Origin: an uncultured Pseudoxanthomonas sp.
GTDB taxonomy: Bacteria > Pseudomonadota > Gammaproteobacteria > Xanthomonadales > Xanthomonadaceae
NCBI GenBank assembly: GCA_964425695.1
Contig: CAYRNF010000001.1
Location: forward strand, 395,093-459,092
Direction of reading: 5' to 3'
Length of the DNA stretch: 64,000 bases
Numbering within the stretch: the stretch's first letter is position 1; the number at the start of each line of letters is the position of its first letter. This document shows, in pieces, positions 50,096-63,589 of the stretch. The position numbers and the translations under genes were made by a program. A model generated the notes under the pieces. That model was given only the letters and a program-made list of their open reading frames with translations, searched no databases and was not told the origin of the DNA.

Positions 50096-51907
50096 ATGGC
50101 CGAGTTGAAGGAAGCGCGCGTCCCGGACATCGGCGACTACAGCGACGTCCCGGTGATCGAGGTGCTGGTGGCGGTGGGCGACACCGTGGCCAAGGACCAG
50201 GGCCTGGTGACGCTGGAATCCGACAAGACCACGCTGGAAGTGCCGTCCTCGGTCGCCGGCGTGGTGCGCGAACTCAAGGTCAAGCTGGGCGACACGCTGT
50301 CCGAAGGGGCGGTGGTGGCGCTGATCGAGGCGGCCGACGCTGGCGATGCCTCCGCTTCGCCCCCTTCCGAGAAAGGGGCGGCGGGGGATGCGACGCCCGA
50401 ACGCCAGGCGCAAATCCCCCCTGGCCCCCCTCCTTCGAAGGGGGGTGATCAGCAGGCTGCTGGGGCCGCGTCCACGCCTCCGGCTGGAACCGCAGGCGGC
50501 CTGCAGGAAGCGCGCGTCCCGGATATCGGCGGCTACAGCGACGTGCCGGTGATCGAGGTGCTGGTGGCGGTGGGCGACACGGTGGCCAAGGACCAGGGGC
50601 TGGTCACGCTGGAATCCGACAAGGCCACCATGGAGGTGCCGTCCTCGGTGGCAGGCGTGGTGCGCGAGCTGAAGGTCAAGGTGGGCGACAGCCTGTCCGA
50701 AGGCGGCCTGGTGGCCCTGATCGAACCCGCCGCGGCCGCGCCGCGCGCCCAGCCGGAAGCGGCAGCGAAGCAAACGCGCGCCTCCGAAACCGGGACCCAG
50801 GTCGAACCCGTACGGGTGGATGCCCGCCCGGACAACATCGCCCGGGCCTCGATGGACGCCGCGGCCGGCGGCCGGGCCAGCCCCGACGCCGCCGCCGCCC
50901 CGATGGGCGCCGGACTGCCACCGGTGCGCTTTGAAGCCGCCGCCGTGCTGCCCGACAAGGTGCCCTACGCCAGCCCCGCGGTGCGCCTGTTCGCGCGCGA
51001 ACTGGGCGTGGACCTGCTGAAGGTCGCCGGAAGCGCGCGCGGCGGACGGATCACCCGCGAGGACGTGCAGCAGTTCGTCAAGGGCGCGCTGGCCGGCGGT
51101 GCGGGCGCTGCGACGGGCGCCGCAGCGCCGGTGGCCGGCGGCGGTGGGCTGAACCTGCTGCCGTGGCCCAAGGTGGACTTCGCCAAGTTCGGCGAGATCG
51201 AGGTCACGCCGCTGTCGCGGATCAAGAAGATCTCCGGCGCCAACCTGGCCCGCAACTGGGCCATGATCCCGCACGTCACCCAGCACGACGATGCCGACAT
51301 CACCGATCTCGAGGCGCTGCGCGTTGCGCTCAACGCCGAGAACGAGAAGTCCAGCCGTGCCGGTCAACAGCCGGGCATCAAGCTCACCATGCTCGCCTTC
51401 CTGATGAAGGCCAGCGCCGCGGCGCTGAAGCGCTACCCCGAATTCAACGCCTCGCTCGACGCCTCCGGCGAGAACCTCACCCTCAAGAAGTACGTGCACA
51501 TCGGCTTCGCCGCCGACACGCCCAACGGGCTGGTGGTACCGGTGGTGCGCGACGTGGACCGCAAGGGCGTCAACCAGATCGCGCAGGAAACCGGCGAGCT
51601 GGCGAAGAAGGCGCGCGACGGCAAGCTCGGCCCGGCGGACATGTCCGGCGGCTGTTTCAGCATCAGTTCGCTCGGCGGCATCGGCGGCACCGCGTTCACG
51701 CCGATCGTCAACGCGCCGGAAGTGGCGATCCTGGGCGTGAGCAAGGCGGCGATGAAGCCGGTCTGGAACGGCGAAGCCTTCCAGCCGCGCCTGGTGCTGC
51801 CGCTGTCGCTGAGCTATGACCACCGGGTGATCGACGGCGCCGCGGCGGCGCGCTTCACCGCCTATCTCGCGCAGCTGCTCGCCGACATGCGCCGCGTCCT
51901 GCTGTAA
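50096..51907 (+). CDS. aceF: Pyruvate dehydrogenase complex dihydrolipoyllysine-residue acetyltransferase (E2), two lipoyl domains
   Basis: Two lipoyl motifs LESDKTTLEVPS and LESDKATMEVPS, an E3-binding domain, and the catalytic DHRVIDGA. Confidence 0.9.
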   Translation: MAELKEARVPDIGDYSDVPVIEVLVAVGDTVAKDQGLVTLESDKTTLEVPSSVAGVVRELKVKLGDTLSEGAVVALIEAADAGDASASPPSEKGAAGDATPERQAQIPPGPPPSKGGDQQAAGAASTPPAGTAGGLQEARVPDIGGYSDVPVIEVLVAVGDTVAKDQGLVTLESDKATMEVPSSVAGVVRELKVKVGDSLSEGGLVALIEPAAAAPRAQPEAAAKQTRASETGTQVEPVRVDARPDNIARASMDAAAGGRASPDAAAAPMGAGLPPVRFEAAAVLPDKVPYASPAVRLFARELGVDLLKVAGSARGGRITREDVQQFVKGALAGGAGAATGAAAPVAGGGGLNLLPWPKVDFAKFGEIEVTPLSRIKKISGANLARNWAMIPHVTQHDDADITDLEALRVALNAENEKSSRAGQQPGIKLTMLAFLMKASAAALKRYPEFNASLDASGENLTLKKYVHIGFAADTPNGLVVPVVRDVDRKGVNQIAQETGELAKKARDGKLGPADMSGGCFSISSLGGIGGTAFTPIVNAPEVAILGVSKAAMKPVWNGEAFQPRLVLPLSLSYDHRVIDGAAAARFTAYLAQLLADMRRVLL

Positions 51908-51918
51908 CGGGCAGGGCG

Positions 51919-53076
51919 ATGCAGGACAACGCGCGCAGGCTCGAAGACGCAGGCGACCGCGTGCGCGACGCCGCCAACGAGGCCGCGCAGAGCGGCTGGG
52001 CGGGCGCCCGCGAACTGCTCGCATTCCAGCCGCTGCGCGAGTTCGGAATCACGGTCAGCGTCGGCGGCGTGGCCGCGGCGATCCTGGCGCTGCTGGCCGC
52101 GCTGGCCGTGTCGCTGCTGCTGCGCCGGGCCCTGCGGCGCTACGGCGAACGCAATGCCAACGCCAACAAGGCGGCGCTGTACACGGTGTCGCGCCTGCTG
52201 CACTACGCGCTGCTGGTGGTGGGCGTCCTGCTGGCGTTCGAACTGGCCGGGGTGCCGCTGAGCAAGTTCGCGGTGTTCGCCGGCGCGATCGGCGTAGGCC
52301 TGGGCTTCGGCCTGCAGGCTATCTTCAGCAACTTCATTTCCGGCGTGATCCTGCTGTTCGACCGGTCGCTCAAGGTCGGCGACTTCGTGGAGCTGGAAGG
52401 CGATATCCGCGGCACGGTGCGCGCGATCAACATCCGCGCCACGCGCATCACCACCAACGACAACATCGACGTGCTGGTGCCCAACTCGGAGTTCGTCACC
52501 AAGCGCGTGGTCAACTGGACCCACGGCTCGTTCAACCGCCGCATCCGCGTGCCGTTCTCGGTGGCGTACGGGGTGGACAAGGAACTGGTGAAGAAGGCGG
52601 CGCTGGAAGCCGCCGGCAACGTGCCGTTCACCCTGGCGATGGACGGCGGCAAGGCGCCGCAGGTGTGGCTGGTCGGCTTCGGCGACAGCGCGGTGCAGTT
52701 CATCCTGGCGGTGTGGCTGACCGAGGAGGCCGCACGCCGCAACGCGGCGATCCAGGCGGCCTACCTGTGGGAACTGGACACGGTGCTGAAGAAGTACGGC
52801 ATCGAGATCCCCTATCCGCAGACCGACCTGAACATCCGCAGCCTGTTCGGCTACAGCGGCGCCGACGCGGTGCGCGCCCTGCGCGGCGAGGACGTGGCGC
52901 CGCCGCAGGCCGGCGAACAGCAGCCGGCGCGGTTGCAGCCGGGCGAGCGCGCCGCGCTGGCGCGCAACGACGCGCAGGCCGACACCGAACGCGTGATCCA
53001 GGAAGAAGCCGCGCGCGCCGCGCAGGACGCGCGCGCCGCCGCAGACCCCGCCGGGCGCGACGCGCCGGCACCCTGA
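51919..53076 (+). CDS. Mechanosensitive ion channel, MscS family
   Basis: Three TMs followed by an MscS beta domain (VGDFVELEGDIRGTVRAINIRATRITTNDN). Confidence 0.85.
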   Translation: MQDNARRLEDAGDRVRDAANEAAQSGWAGARELLAFQPLREFGITVSVGGVAAAILALLAALAVSLLLRRALRRYGERNANANKAALYTVSRLLHYALLVVGVLLAFELAGVPLSKFAVFAGAIGVGLGFGLQAIFSNFISGVILLFDRSLKVGDFVELEGDIRGTVRAINIRATRITTNDNIDVLVPNSEFVTKRVVNWTHGSFNRRIRVPFSVAYGVDKELVKKAALEAAGNVPFTLAMDGGKAPQVWLVGFGDSAVQFILAVWLTEEAARRNAAIQAAYLWELDTVLKKYGIEIPYPQTDLNIRSLFGYSGADAVRALRGEDVAPPQAGEQQPARLQPGERAALARNDAQADTERVIQEEAARAAQDARAAADPAGRDAPAP

Positions 53077-53101
53077 CGACATCGACGAGGAGATCCAAGG
53101 C

Positions 53102-54904
53102 ATGGCCGGAACCATCGAAGTGAAGGTGCCCGACATCGGCGACTACGACGCGGTGCCGGTGATCGAGGTGCTGGTGCGGGTGGGCGACACCGTCGCCAAG
53201 GACCAGGGCCTGGTCACGCTGGAATCGGACAAGGCGACGATGGAAGTGCCTTCGTCCGCGGCCGGCGTGGTCAGGGAGCTGAAGGTCAAGGTGGGCGACA
53301 CCCTGTCCGAAGGGGCGGTGGTGGCGGTGCTGGAGAGCGCGGACACGGGGCATGCAGCCGCGCCTGCCGCAGGCGCCTCGCCCGCTTCGACGCAGGCCGC
53401 GCCGGACAAGCCGGCCCCACCGCTGGCGCCGTCGCTCGCGAAACCGGCCGAGCCAGCGGCGCAGGGCGCACCCGCCAGCGGGCGCAAGGCGGACGTGGAA
53501 TGTCGCATCGTCGTGCTCGGCTCCGGCCCCGGCGGCTACACGGCGGCGTTCCGCGCCGCCGATCTCGGGCTGGATACCGTGCTGATCGAGCGCTACGCGT
53601 CGCTGGGCGGGGTGTGCCTCAACGTGGGCTGCATCCCGTCCAAGGCGCTGCTGCATTCGGCGGCGGTGATCGACGAAGCCGAGCACGCATCCGACTACGG
53701 CATCACCTTCGGCAAGCCGAAGATCGCGCTGGATGCCCTGCGTGCGTACAAGGACAAGGTGGTGGGGCAGCTCACCAAGGGCCTGGCCGGCATGGCCAAA
53801 CAGCGCAAGGTGCGCGTGGTGCAGGGCACCGGCCGCTTCGTGTCGCCGCACGAGATCGAGGTGCAGGGCGCGGACGGCAACACGCAGCTGGTGAAGTTCG
53901 AGCAGTGCATCATCGCCGCCGGGTCGCAGGCGCTGAAGCTGCCCGGCTTTCCCTGGGACGATCCGCGCATCATGGATTCCACCGACGCGCTGGAACTGGC
54001 GGAGGTGCCGAAGTCGCTGCTGGTGGTGGGCGGCGGCATCATCGGGTTGGAGATGGCGACGGTGTATCGCGCGCTCGGCAGCACGGTCACGGTGGTCGAA
54101 CTGGCCGACCAGCTCATGCCCGGCGCCGACAGGGACCTGGTCAAGCCGCTGGCCGATCGCCTGAAGAAGCAGGGCGTATCGGTGCACTTGAAAACGAAGG
54201 TGACCGAAGCGAGGGCTGGCAAGAAGGGCATCGACGTCGCCTTCGACGGCGAGAGCATTCCCCAAGCGAAGCAGTACGACCGCGTGCTGGTCGCCGTGGG
54301 CCGTGCGCCGAACGGCGCGAAGATCGGTGCCGACAAGGCCGGCGTGCGCGTCACCGAGCGCGGCTTCATCGAGGTGGATGCGCAGATGCGCACCAACGTG
54401 CCGCACATCTTCGCCATCGGCGATCTTGTCGGCCAGCCGATGCTGGCGCACAAGGCGACGCACGAAGGCAAGCTCGCGGCCGAGGTGGCCGCCGGCGAGA
54501 AGAAGGAATGGGTGGCGCGGGTGATCCCGTCGGTGGCCTACACCGACCCGGAAATCGCGTGGGTCGGCATCACCGAGACCGAAGCCAAGGCCAAGGGCCT
54601 GAAGGTGGGCATGGGCAAGTTCCCGTGGGCGGCCAGCGGTCGCGCCATCGGCATCGGCCGCACCGAGGGCTTCACCAAGCTTCTGTTCGACGAGGCCAGC
54701 CACCGCATCGTGGGTGCCGGCATCGTCGGCGTGCATGCCGGCGACCTGATCGCCGAAGCCGCGCTGGCGATCGAGATGGGCGCCGAAGTGGCCGACATCG
54801 GCCACACCATCCATCCGCACCCCACCCTGAGCGAATCGGTGGCGATGGCCGCCGAGGTCTACGACGGCACGATCACCGACCTGTATCTGCCGAAAAAGAA
54901 GTAG
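53102..54904 (+). CDS. lpdA: Dihydrolipoyl dehydrogenase (E3) with an N-terminal lipoyl domain
   Basis: Lipoyl LESDKATMEVPSS, FAD-binding VLGSGPGGY, redox-active GGVCLNVGCIPSK, and a C-terminal dimerisation HAHPTLSE. Confidence 0.9.
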   Translation: MAGTIEVKVPDIGDYDAVPVIEVLVRVGDTVAKDQGLVTLESDKATMEVPSSAAGVVRELKVKVGDTLSEGAVVAVLESADTGHAAAPAAGASPASTQAAPDKPAPPLAPSLAKPAEPAAQGAPASGRKADVECRIVVLGSGPGGYTAAFRAADLGLDTVLIERYASLGGVCLNVGCIPSKALLHSAAVIDEAEHASDYGITFGKPKIALDALRAYKDKVVGQLTKGLAGMAKQRKVRVVQGTGRFVSPHEIEVQGADGNTQLVKFEQCIIAAGSQALKLPGFPWDDPRIMDSTDALELAEVPKSLLVVGGGIIGLEMATVYRALGSTVTVVELADQLMPGADRDLVKPLADRLKKQGVSVHLKTKVTEARAGKKGIDVAFDGESIPQAKQYDRVLVAVGRAPNGAKIGADKAGVRVTERGFIEVDAQMRTNVPHIFAIGDLVGQPMLAHKATHEGKLAAEVAAGEKKEWVARVIPSVAYTDPEIAWVGITETEAKAKGLKVGMGKFPWAASGRAIGIGRTEGFTKLLFDEASHRIVGAGIVGVHAGDLIAEAALAIEMGAEVADIGHTIHPHPTLSESVAMAAEVYDGTITDLYLPKKK

Positions 54905-55487
54905 CCCGCCAGGTCCAGGCAGGGTCGCGCACAGGCGCGCTCCGCAGCAAGGCGCCGGGCAGGGCGGCCGGGCCGGGGGTGCGGTCGATCGTGTCGGCCC
55001 ACGCCGCAACGCACGGCCACAGGAATCCTCGTCATCCCCGCGCAGGCGGGATCCACCGATGCCAGGCGACATCCAGGCGATGGCACGGGGCGATAGGACG
55101 CCCCTCCGTCCAGGCCCCGCGCGCCCCGCCATGCGGGTGGCGCATGCCGCGGGCGCGGGCCGCGCGGCCGCGTCGGCCAACCGCATTCGCTCCACGCGCT
55201 CCTGCGCACGCAGCGATCCGCGCGAACGATCCTCGCCCTCGCCGTCGCGCCCGCACTTCCGCAGGTGTCGCACGAGCACGCCTGCGCGCAAACCGCTGCT
55301 GCAGGGCAGCATCACGTTCGCCGGCTTCGCGCACTGCATCACACCCGCCCGCGGGAACGCGCCGGCGCGCCCGGGTTGCGTGCCCCGTGGGCGGGTGCAG
55401 CGCGCCAAGGGTTTGCCCCAGCTGGACGCCTGCGCCGCGCCCCCCTTATCCAGTCCCGACAGGGGCTTCGAAGCAAAGGGGACACGA

Positions 55488-57383
55488 ATGGGCAGTCATG
55501 GAACACGGGCGCTGCTTGCGCTGGCGTGCGCGGGCGTCGTTGCCACCACCATCGCCAGCGACCGGCCGCGGCCGGTCGCGCAGGACGAAGTCCAGGCGCT
55601 GCTGCGCGCGGGCGAGGCCGGCGCGTTCGCGCGCAAGGTACAGGCGCAGAACGAACGCCTGCGCATCGAGCGCAGCCACTACCCGGCGATCTTCAAAGCG
55701 GCCTACGCACGCTATCCGGCGATTCCGGCCGGGACGCTGGAAGCGCTGGCCTTCGCCCAGAGCCGCTGGCACACGCTGCGCCCGGACCGCACCGGCGGGC
55801 TGGACCATCCGCACATGCCGCCGGCGTGGGGCGTGATGGGGCTGTACGCCGGCGACGGGTTCGCCGACCAGGTGGGAGAAGCCGCGGCGCTGCTGCGCAC
55901 CACGCCCGAGCGGGTGAAGACCGACCCGCTGGCCAACGTGCTCGGCGCCGCCGCGCTGCTCGACCAGGCCCTGCGCACGACCGGGACGCAGGCGCGCGAT
56001 CCCGCCGCGCTGGCGCCCGCGCTGCAGCGCTACGCCGGCTTCGGTGCCGGCGATGGCCAGATCGCATCGTTCGCCCGCGCGGCATTCGCCCGCGACGTGC
56101 TGCAGGCGCTGGACTTCGGCGTGAACGACAACGGCATCCGCGTGCCGGAGCGCGCGGTGGAGTGGGAGCGCGCGTTCCCCGCCGACATGCTGGCCAAGCT
56201 GCGGGCGCCGATGGTGCGGCTGGACGCCGCCAGCGGACAGGCGCAGCCCGCGCTGCAGACCGAGCACTTCAAGATCGATCCGCTCAGCGGCGTCATCGTG
56301 GACGCGGCGGCAGACGACATGACCGCCGCCGCGGTCGATTTCCCCGGCGCCACGTGGGACGCCTCGCCCAACTACAACTCGCGCAGCGGCGTGGCCGTGC
56401 GCGAGGTCATCCAGCACACCACCGAAGGCAGCTTCGCTGGCGCGATCGGCTGGTTCAACAATCCCGACAGCAACGTCAGCGCGCACTACGTAATCTCAAG
56501 CAGCGGCCAGGTCGTGCAGATGGTGCGCGAGGCGGACCGCGCCTGGCACGCCGGCGACCACAACAGCCACTCGATCGGCATCGAACACGCCGGCTACGCC
56601 AACGATCCGGGCACCTGGACCAGCGCCATCCTCGAGGTGTCGTCGGCGATCACGCGCCAGGCCTGTGCGCGCTATGCGGGCGTGGCCTGCACCAACGCCG
56701 TGCGCGGCAGTCCCAGCCCCACCACCGACGTGGCCGAGAGCATCGCGATCAAGGGCCACGGCATGATCTCGGGCGCCAGCCGCTCGGATCCGGGCCCGTA
56801 CTTCGGCTGGGAGCGCTACTACGGGCTGATCAATCCGGCCACCGGCGGTGGCACCACGACCATCCTCGACGGCTTCGAGAGCAGCGTCGGTCACTTCACC
56901 AGCAGCCCGTCGTACTCGGGCAGCACCACCGGCATCTCCAGCGCGTCCACCAGCGCGCGCACCTGCGCCAGCAGCTACGCCGGCGCGTGCTCGCTCAACG
57001 TCACCCTGGTGGACAACGCCGGCAGCTCGGCCGCCTGGGCGGTGCGCCACCTGTCCGGTGCCGGCAACCCGGGCAGCAACACCGGACTGGCGCGCAGCGG
57101 GCGCATCGGCTTCTACGTGTACTCCGGCGGCAGCGGCATGAGCGTGGGCGTGGGCATCGACGACAGCGACGGCACCGAACGCTCGGTCTCCCGCACGATC
57201 CCCGCCAACACTTGGACGTACGTGGAGTGGGGCCTGTCGGACACCGCGCAGTGGAACGCGTGGGCTGGCGGCAACGGCGCGATCACCGCCAGCACCGTGC
57301 ATCTGGATGCGATCTGGTTCTACCGGGCGCAGACCAGCTACGACGTGCAGCTGTACGTGGACAACGTGCAGCTGCGCAACTAG
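55488..57383 (+). CDS. Secreted N-acetylmuramoyl-L-alanine amidase (Amidase_2/PGRP domain) with a long Ser/Thr/Gly-rich C-terminal extension
   Basis: Signal peptide. Amidase_2 core NYNSRSGVAVREVIQHTTEG...SAHYVISSSGQVVQMVREADRAWHAG. Confidence 0.7.
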   Translation: MGSHGTRALLALACAGVVATTIASDRPRPVAQDEVQALLRAGEAGAFARKVQAQNERLRIERSHYPAIFKAAYARYPAIPAGTLEALAFAQSRWHTLRPDRTGGLDHPHMPPAWGVMGLYAGDGFADQVGEAAALLRTTPERVKTDPLANVLGAAALLDQALRTTGTQARDPAALAPALQRYAGFGAGDGQIASFARAAFARDVLQALDFGVNDNGIRVPERAVEWERAFPADMLAKLRAPMVRLDAASGQAQPALQTEHFKIDPLSGVIVDAAADDMTAAAVDFPGATWDASPNYNSRSGVAVREVIQHTTEGSFAGAIGWFNNPDSNVSAHYVISSSGQVVQMVREADRAWHAGDHNSHSIGIEHAGYANDPGTWTSAILEVSSAITRQACARYAGVACTNAVRGSPSPTTDVAESIAIKGHGMISGASRSDPGPYFGWERYYGLINPATGGGTTTILDGFESSVGHFTSSPSYSGSTTGISSASTSARTCASSYAGACSLNVTLVDNAGSSAAWAVRHLSGAGNPGSNTGLARSGRIGFYVYSGGSGMSVGVGIDDSDGTERSVSRTIPANTWTYVEWGLSDTAQWNAWAGGNGAITASTVHLDAIWFYRAQTSYDVQLYVDNVQLRN

Positions 57384-57564
57384 GCGCGCGCCGCACGGCG
57401 CGGGCGCTGGCCCACACGGCCCCAAAGGAGAAGCCCCGGCGGTGACCGGGGCTTCTTGGGACCTGCGGAGAAGCCGACGAGGATTGGGCCGCAGGCCTCG
57501 CAGGAACTGACCGGCGGATCCGGCAAAGGTTCCGGAGCCGACCAGGCCAGGGCCAGACGCAGGC

Positions 57565-57765
57565 TCAGGCCGGCAGGCCCTGCCGTAAAGCACGGCGGCG
57601 CTCGAGTCGCTGCCAGGCCTTCTCGTGCCAATGGAAGGCGATCGTGTTGCAGGCCGGTTCCACCAGCGCCAGCGCGCCACCGACCCAGGCATTGCCGGTC
57701 ATCAGGTAGCCGACCAGGAAGGCCACGCAGGCGTGGACCGCGGCGAAACTGAGGGTCTTGTGCAT
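57565..57765 (-). CDS. DUF2061-like small membrane protein
   Basis: MHKTLSFAAVHACVAFLVGYLMTGNAWVGGALALVEPACNTIAFHWHEKAW. Confidence 0.5.
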   Translation of the reverse strand: MHKTLSFAAVHACVAFLVGYLMTGNAWVGGALALVEPACNTIAFHWHEKAWQRLERRRALRQGLPA

Positions 57766-58035
57766 GGCAGGCATCCCTTGCGGATCCGGGCCCCCAGCAT
57801 CCGGCCCCTGCCGGCCGCGGGCCAATCGATTGTCGCAACCGGCGTCATAGCCAGTCGCTATCGGCCCCGCGCAGGCCAGATTTACGGCGCCCGGGCGGTT
57901 GCCGCCAAAAATTCACGCCTGCTATACTTTTCCGGCTTTGTGGGGCGGATTTCAGGGCATCGGATCCACCCCGGCCGCGCTGCGGCGCGCAGGGCCAGTT
58001 TCACCACAGCATCCCGCGGAAAGTCGAGCCAGACG

Positions 58036-59699
<1,664 letters not shown>

Positions 59700-59768
59700 G
59701 CCGCCACGCAGCAGCAACGGTTCGGCATCCGCCGGCGGCACCGCGCCGCCGGCGTCCAGGAGCAAGCA

Positions 59769-60254
59769 ATGGATATCAACCTGACATTCATCGTCCAGGG
59801 CCTCGCGTTCTTCGCGGTGGCGTGGCTGGTGATGAAGTTCGGCTGGCCGCACATCATCGGCGCCATCGAGGAACGCCAGCAGAAGATCGCTGAAGGCCTC
59901 GCGGCAGCGGACAACAGCCAGAAGGCGCTGGCCCAGGCCGAAGAGCGCGTCGCCGAGGAGCTCAAGGCCGCGCGCGCCAAGGCCAACGAGATCATCGAGC
60001 AGGCGCACCAGCGCGCCAACCAGATCGTCGACGCGGCCAAGACCGAGGCGGTCGCCGAGGGCGCGCGCCAGAAGGCGCTGGCCCAGAGCGAGATCGATGC
60101 CGCCGCCAACCGCGCCCGCGAGGACCTGCGCAAGCAGGTGTCCGCGCTGGCCGTGACCGGCGCCGAGAAGCTGCTGCGCCGCGAGATCGACGCCAACGCC
60201 CACAAGGCGCTGCTCGACGAGCTGGCCTCGCAGCTGTCGGCCGAGACCGCCTGA
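59769..60254 (+). CDS. atpF: F0F1 ATP synthase subunit b
   Basis: N-terminal TM followed by a long charged Ala/Glu/Lys/Arg-rich coiled coil. Confidence 0.9.
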   Translation: MDINLTFIVQGLAFFAVAWLVMKFGWPHIIGAIEERQQKIAEGLAAADNSQKALAQAEERVAEELKAARAKANEIIEQAHQRANQIVDAAKTEAVAEGARQKALAQSEIDAAANRAREDLRKQVSALAVTGAEKLLRREIDANAHKALLDELASQLSAETA

Positions 60255-60256
60255 CC

Positions 60257-60784
60257 ATGAGCCAGGCCCTGACCCTCGCCCGCCCGTACGCGCGCGCCGC
60301 CTTCGCCATCGCGCAGGACGGCGGCACGCTTGCGCCGTGGTCCGACGCGCTCGGCTTCGCCGCCCGCGTCGCGGCCGATCCGCGCGTGTCGGCGCTGCTG
60401 GGCAACCCGCGGCTGACCGTGGACGACGCGGTGGCGCTGCTGTCGGTGGACGGCGCGCCGCCTGCGTTCGCCGACTTCGTCGCGCTGCTGTCGGAGAACG
60501 GCCGCATGGCGCTGCTGCCGGAGATCGCCGGGCTGTACGAGGAGCTGCGCGCCGACGCCGAGAAGGTGGTGCGGGCCCGGGTCACCTCGGCCACCGCGCT
60601 GCCGGCGGGCGAGCTGGACACGATCAAGGCCGCCCTCAAGCGCCGCTTCGGCCGCGAGGTCGAGGTGGAAACCGGCATCGACGAGTCGCTCATCGGCGGC
60701 GCGGTGATCGCCGCCGGCGACGTGGTCATCGACGGTTCGCTGCGCGGCAAGCTGCAGCGCCTGCAGAGCGCGCTGGCGCAGTAA
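60257..60784 (+). CDS. atpH: F0F1 ATP synthase subunit delta
   Basis: OSCP/delta family, 175 aa, positioned between atpF and atpA. Confidence 0.9.
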   Translation: MSQALTLARPYARAAFAIAQDGGTLAPWSDALGFAARVAADPRVSALLGNPRLTVDDAVALLSVDGAPPAFADFVALLSENGRMALLPEIAGLYEELRADAEKVVRARVTSATALPAGELDTIKAALKRRFGREVEVETGIDESLIGGAVIAAGDVVIDGSLRGKLQRLQSALAQ

Positions 60785-60788
60785 CAAC

Positions 60789-60866
60789 GGGGATTCGGGA
60801 TTCGGGATTCGTCGGCGCAGGTTGTCGATCTAGCGGATCCCCAGTCCCGAGTTCCGGATCCCGGAA
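60789..60866. repeat. Imperfect inverted repeat built from heptamer repeats (GGGATTC)3 / (GAGTTCC-GGATCCC) between atpH and atpA
   Basis: 'ggggattcgggattcgggattcg' ... 'ccccagtcccgagttccggatcccgg'. Confidence 0.5.
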
Positions 60867-60921
60867 TGCACATCGAAGCGGTGAGCCGCATGGCGCGGCC
60901 CACCACCAAGGAAACGAAACA

Positions 60922-62472
<1,551 letters not shown>

Positions 62473-62474
62473 GG

Positions 62475-62610
62475 CCGGGACTCGGGACTCGGGGCTCGGG
62501 GACTCGCCAAGGCGCGTTCCCGGGACCTGGAGGCCAGAGACCCCGGAAAACACACAATGGTGATTCGTGAGGGGCTTCCACAGGCCCCAGTCCCGAGTCC
62601 CGAGTCCCGG
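62475..62610. repeat. Long-range inverted repeat of (CGGGACT)n heptamers flanking a ~78-nt spacer between atpA and atpG
   Basis: 'ccgggactcgggactcggggctcggggactcg' ... 'ccccagtcccgagtcccgagtcccgg'. The arms are near-perfectly complementary. Confidence 0.55.
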
Positions 62611-62621
62611 ATTGAGAAGAG

Positions 62622-63485
62622 ATGGCAGGCGGCAGGGAAATCAAAACCAAGATCAAGAGCGTGCAGAACACCCGCAAGGTGACGCGCGCGCTGGAGATGG
62701 TCTCGGCCTCCAAGATCCGCAAGGCGCAGGAGCGGATGAAGGCGTCGCGCCCGTACGCGCGCGCGATGCGGCAGGTGATCGGCCACCTGGCGCAGGCCAA
62801 TTCCGAATTCCGCCACCCTTACCTGGTGGAGCGCGAGTCGATCCGGCGCGTGGGCTACGTCATCGTCTCGTCGGACCGCGGCCTCGCCGGCGGCCTGAAC
62901 AACAACCTGTTCCGCAAGCTGCTGGCCGAGATCCGCAAGCACCAGGAGGCCGGCGTCGAAGTGGACGTGGTCACCATCGGCCAGAAGGCCTCGGTGTTCT
63001 TCCGCCGGATCAAGGTGGACATGCTGGCTTCGGTGAGCCACCTGGGCGACACGCCGCACGTGGAGCAGCTGGTGGGCGTGATCAAGGTCATGCTGGACGC
63101 CTACAGCAGCGGCAAGGTGGACAAGGTCTTCCTCTGCTACAACGATTTCGTCAACACCATGACCCAGCGCGCGGCGTTCGACCAGCTGCTGCCGCTGCCG
63201 GCCTCGGACGATACCGTCGCCCAGCACGACTGGGACTACATCTACGAACCCGACGCCGAGACCGTGCTGGAACACGTGCTGACGCGCTACGTCGAGTCGC
63301 TGGTGTACCAGGCGGTCATGGAGAACGTGGCGTCGGAGCACGCCGCGCGCATGGTGGCCATGAAGGCCGCCAGCGACAACGCCAACAAGCTGATCGACAC
63401 GCTGAACCTGGTCTACAACAAGGCCCGGCAGGCGGCGATCACGCAGGAAATCTCGGAGATCGTCGGCGGCGCCGCGGCGGTCTGA
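62622..63485 (+). CDS. atpG: F0F1 ATP synthase subunit gamma
   Basis: [36 protein letters not shown] is the gamma-subunit signature. Confidence 0.9.
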   Translation: MAGGREIKTKIKSVQNTRKVTRALEMVSASKIRKAQERMKASRPYARAMRQVIGHLAQANSEFRHPYLVERESIRRVGYVIVSSDRGLAGGLNNNLFRKLLAEIRKHQEAGVEVDVVTIGQKASVFFRRIKVDMLASVSHLGDTPHVEQLVGVIKVMLDAYSSGKVDKVFLCYNDFVNTMTQRAAFDQLLPLPASDDTVAQHDWDYIYEPDAETVLEHVLTRYVESLVYQAVMENVASEHAARMVAMKAASDNANKLIDTLNLVYNKARQAAITQEISEIVGGAAAV

Positions 63486-63495
63486 CCACCCCATT

Positions 63496-63558
63496 CCTGT
63501 AGGAGCGGCCCGCGCCGCGACCGGGAAAAGTCCGCGGCTCCAAGCCGCTCCTACAAAG
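63496..63558. repeat. REP element pair between atpG and atpD
   Basis: 'cctgtaggagcggcccgcgccgcgac' ... 'ccgcggctccaagccgctcctacaaag'. Confidence 0.6.
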
Positions 63559-63589
63559 CAATATCCAGAGATTCAGAGGAACTAGACCA

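Noticed and set aside
55265-57445. 726-aa alternate-frame ORF overlapping the amidase gene
   Set aside because: It is in the same orientation but out of frame with the Amidase_2 core, and is Arg/Gly/Ala low-complexity. It is an artefact.
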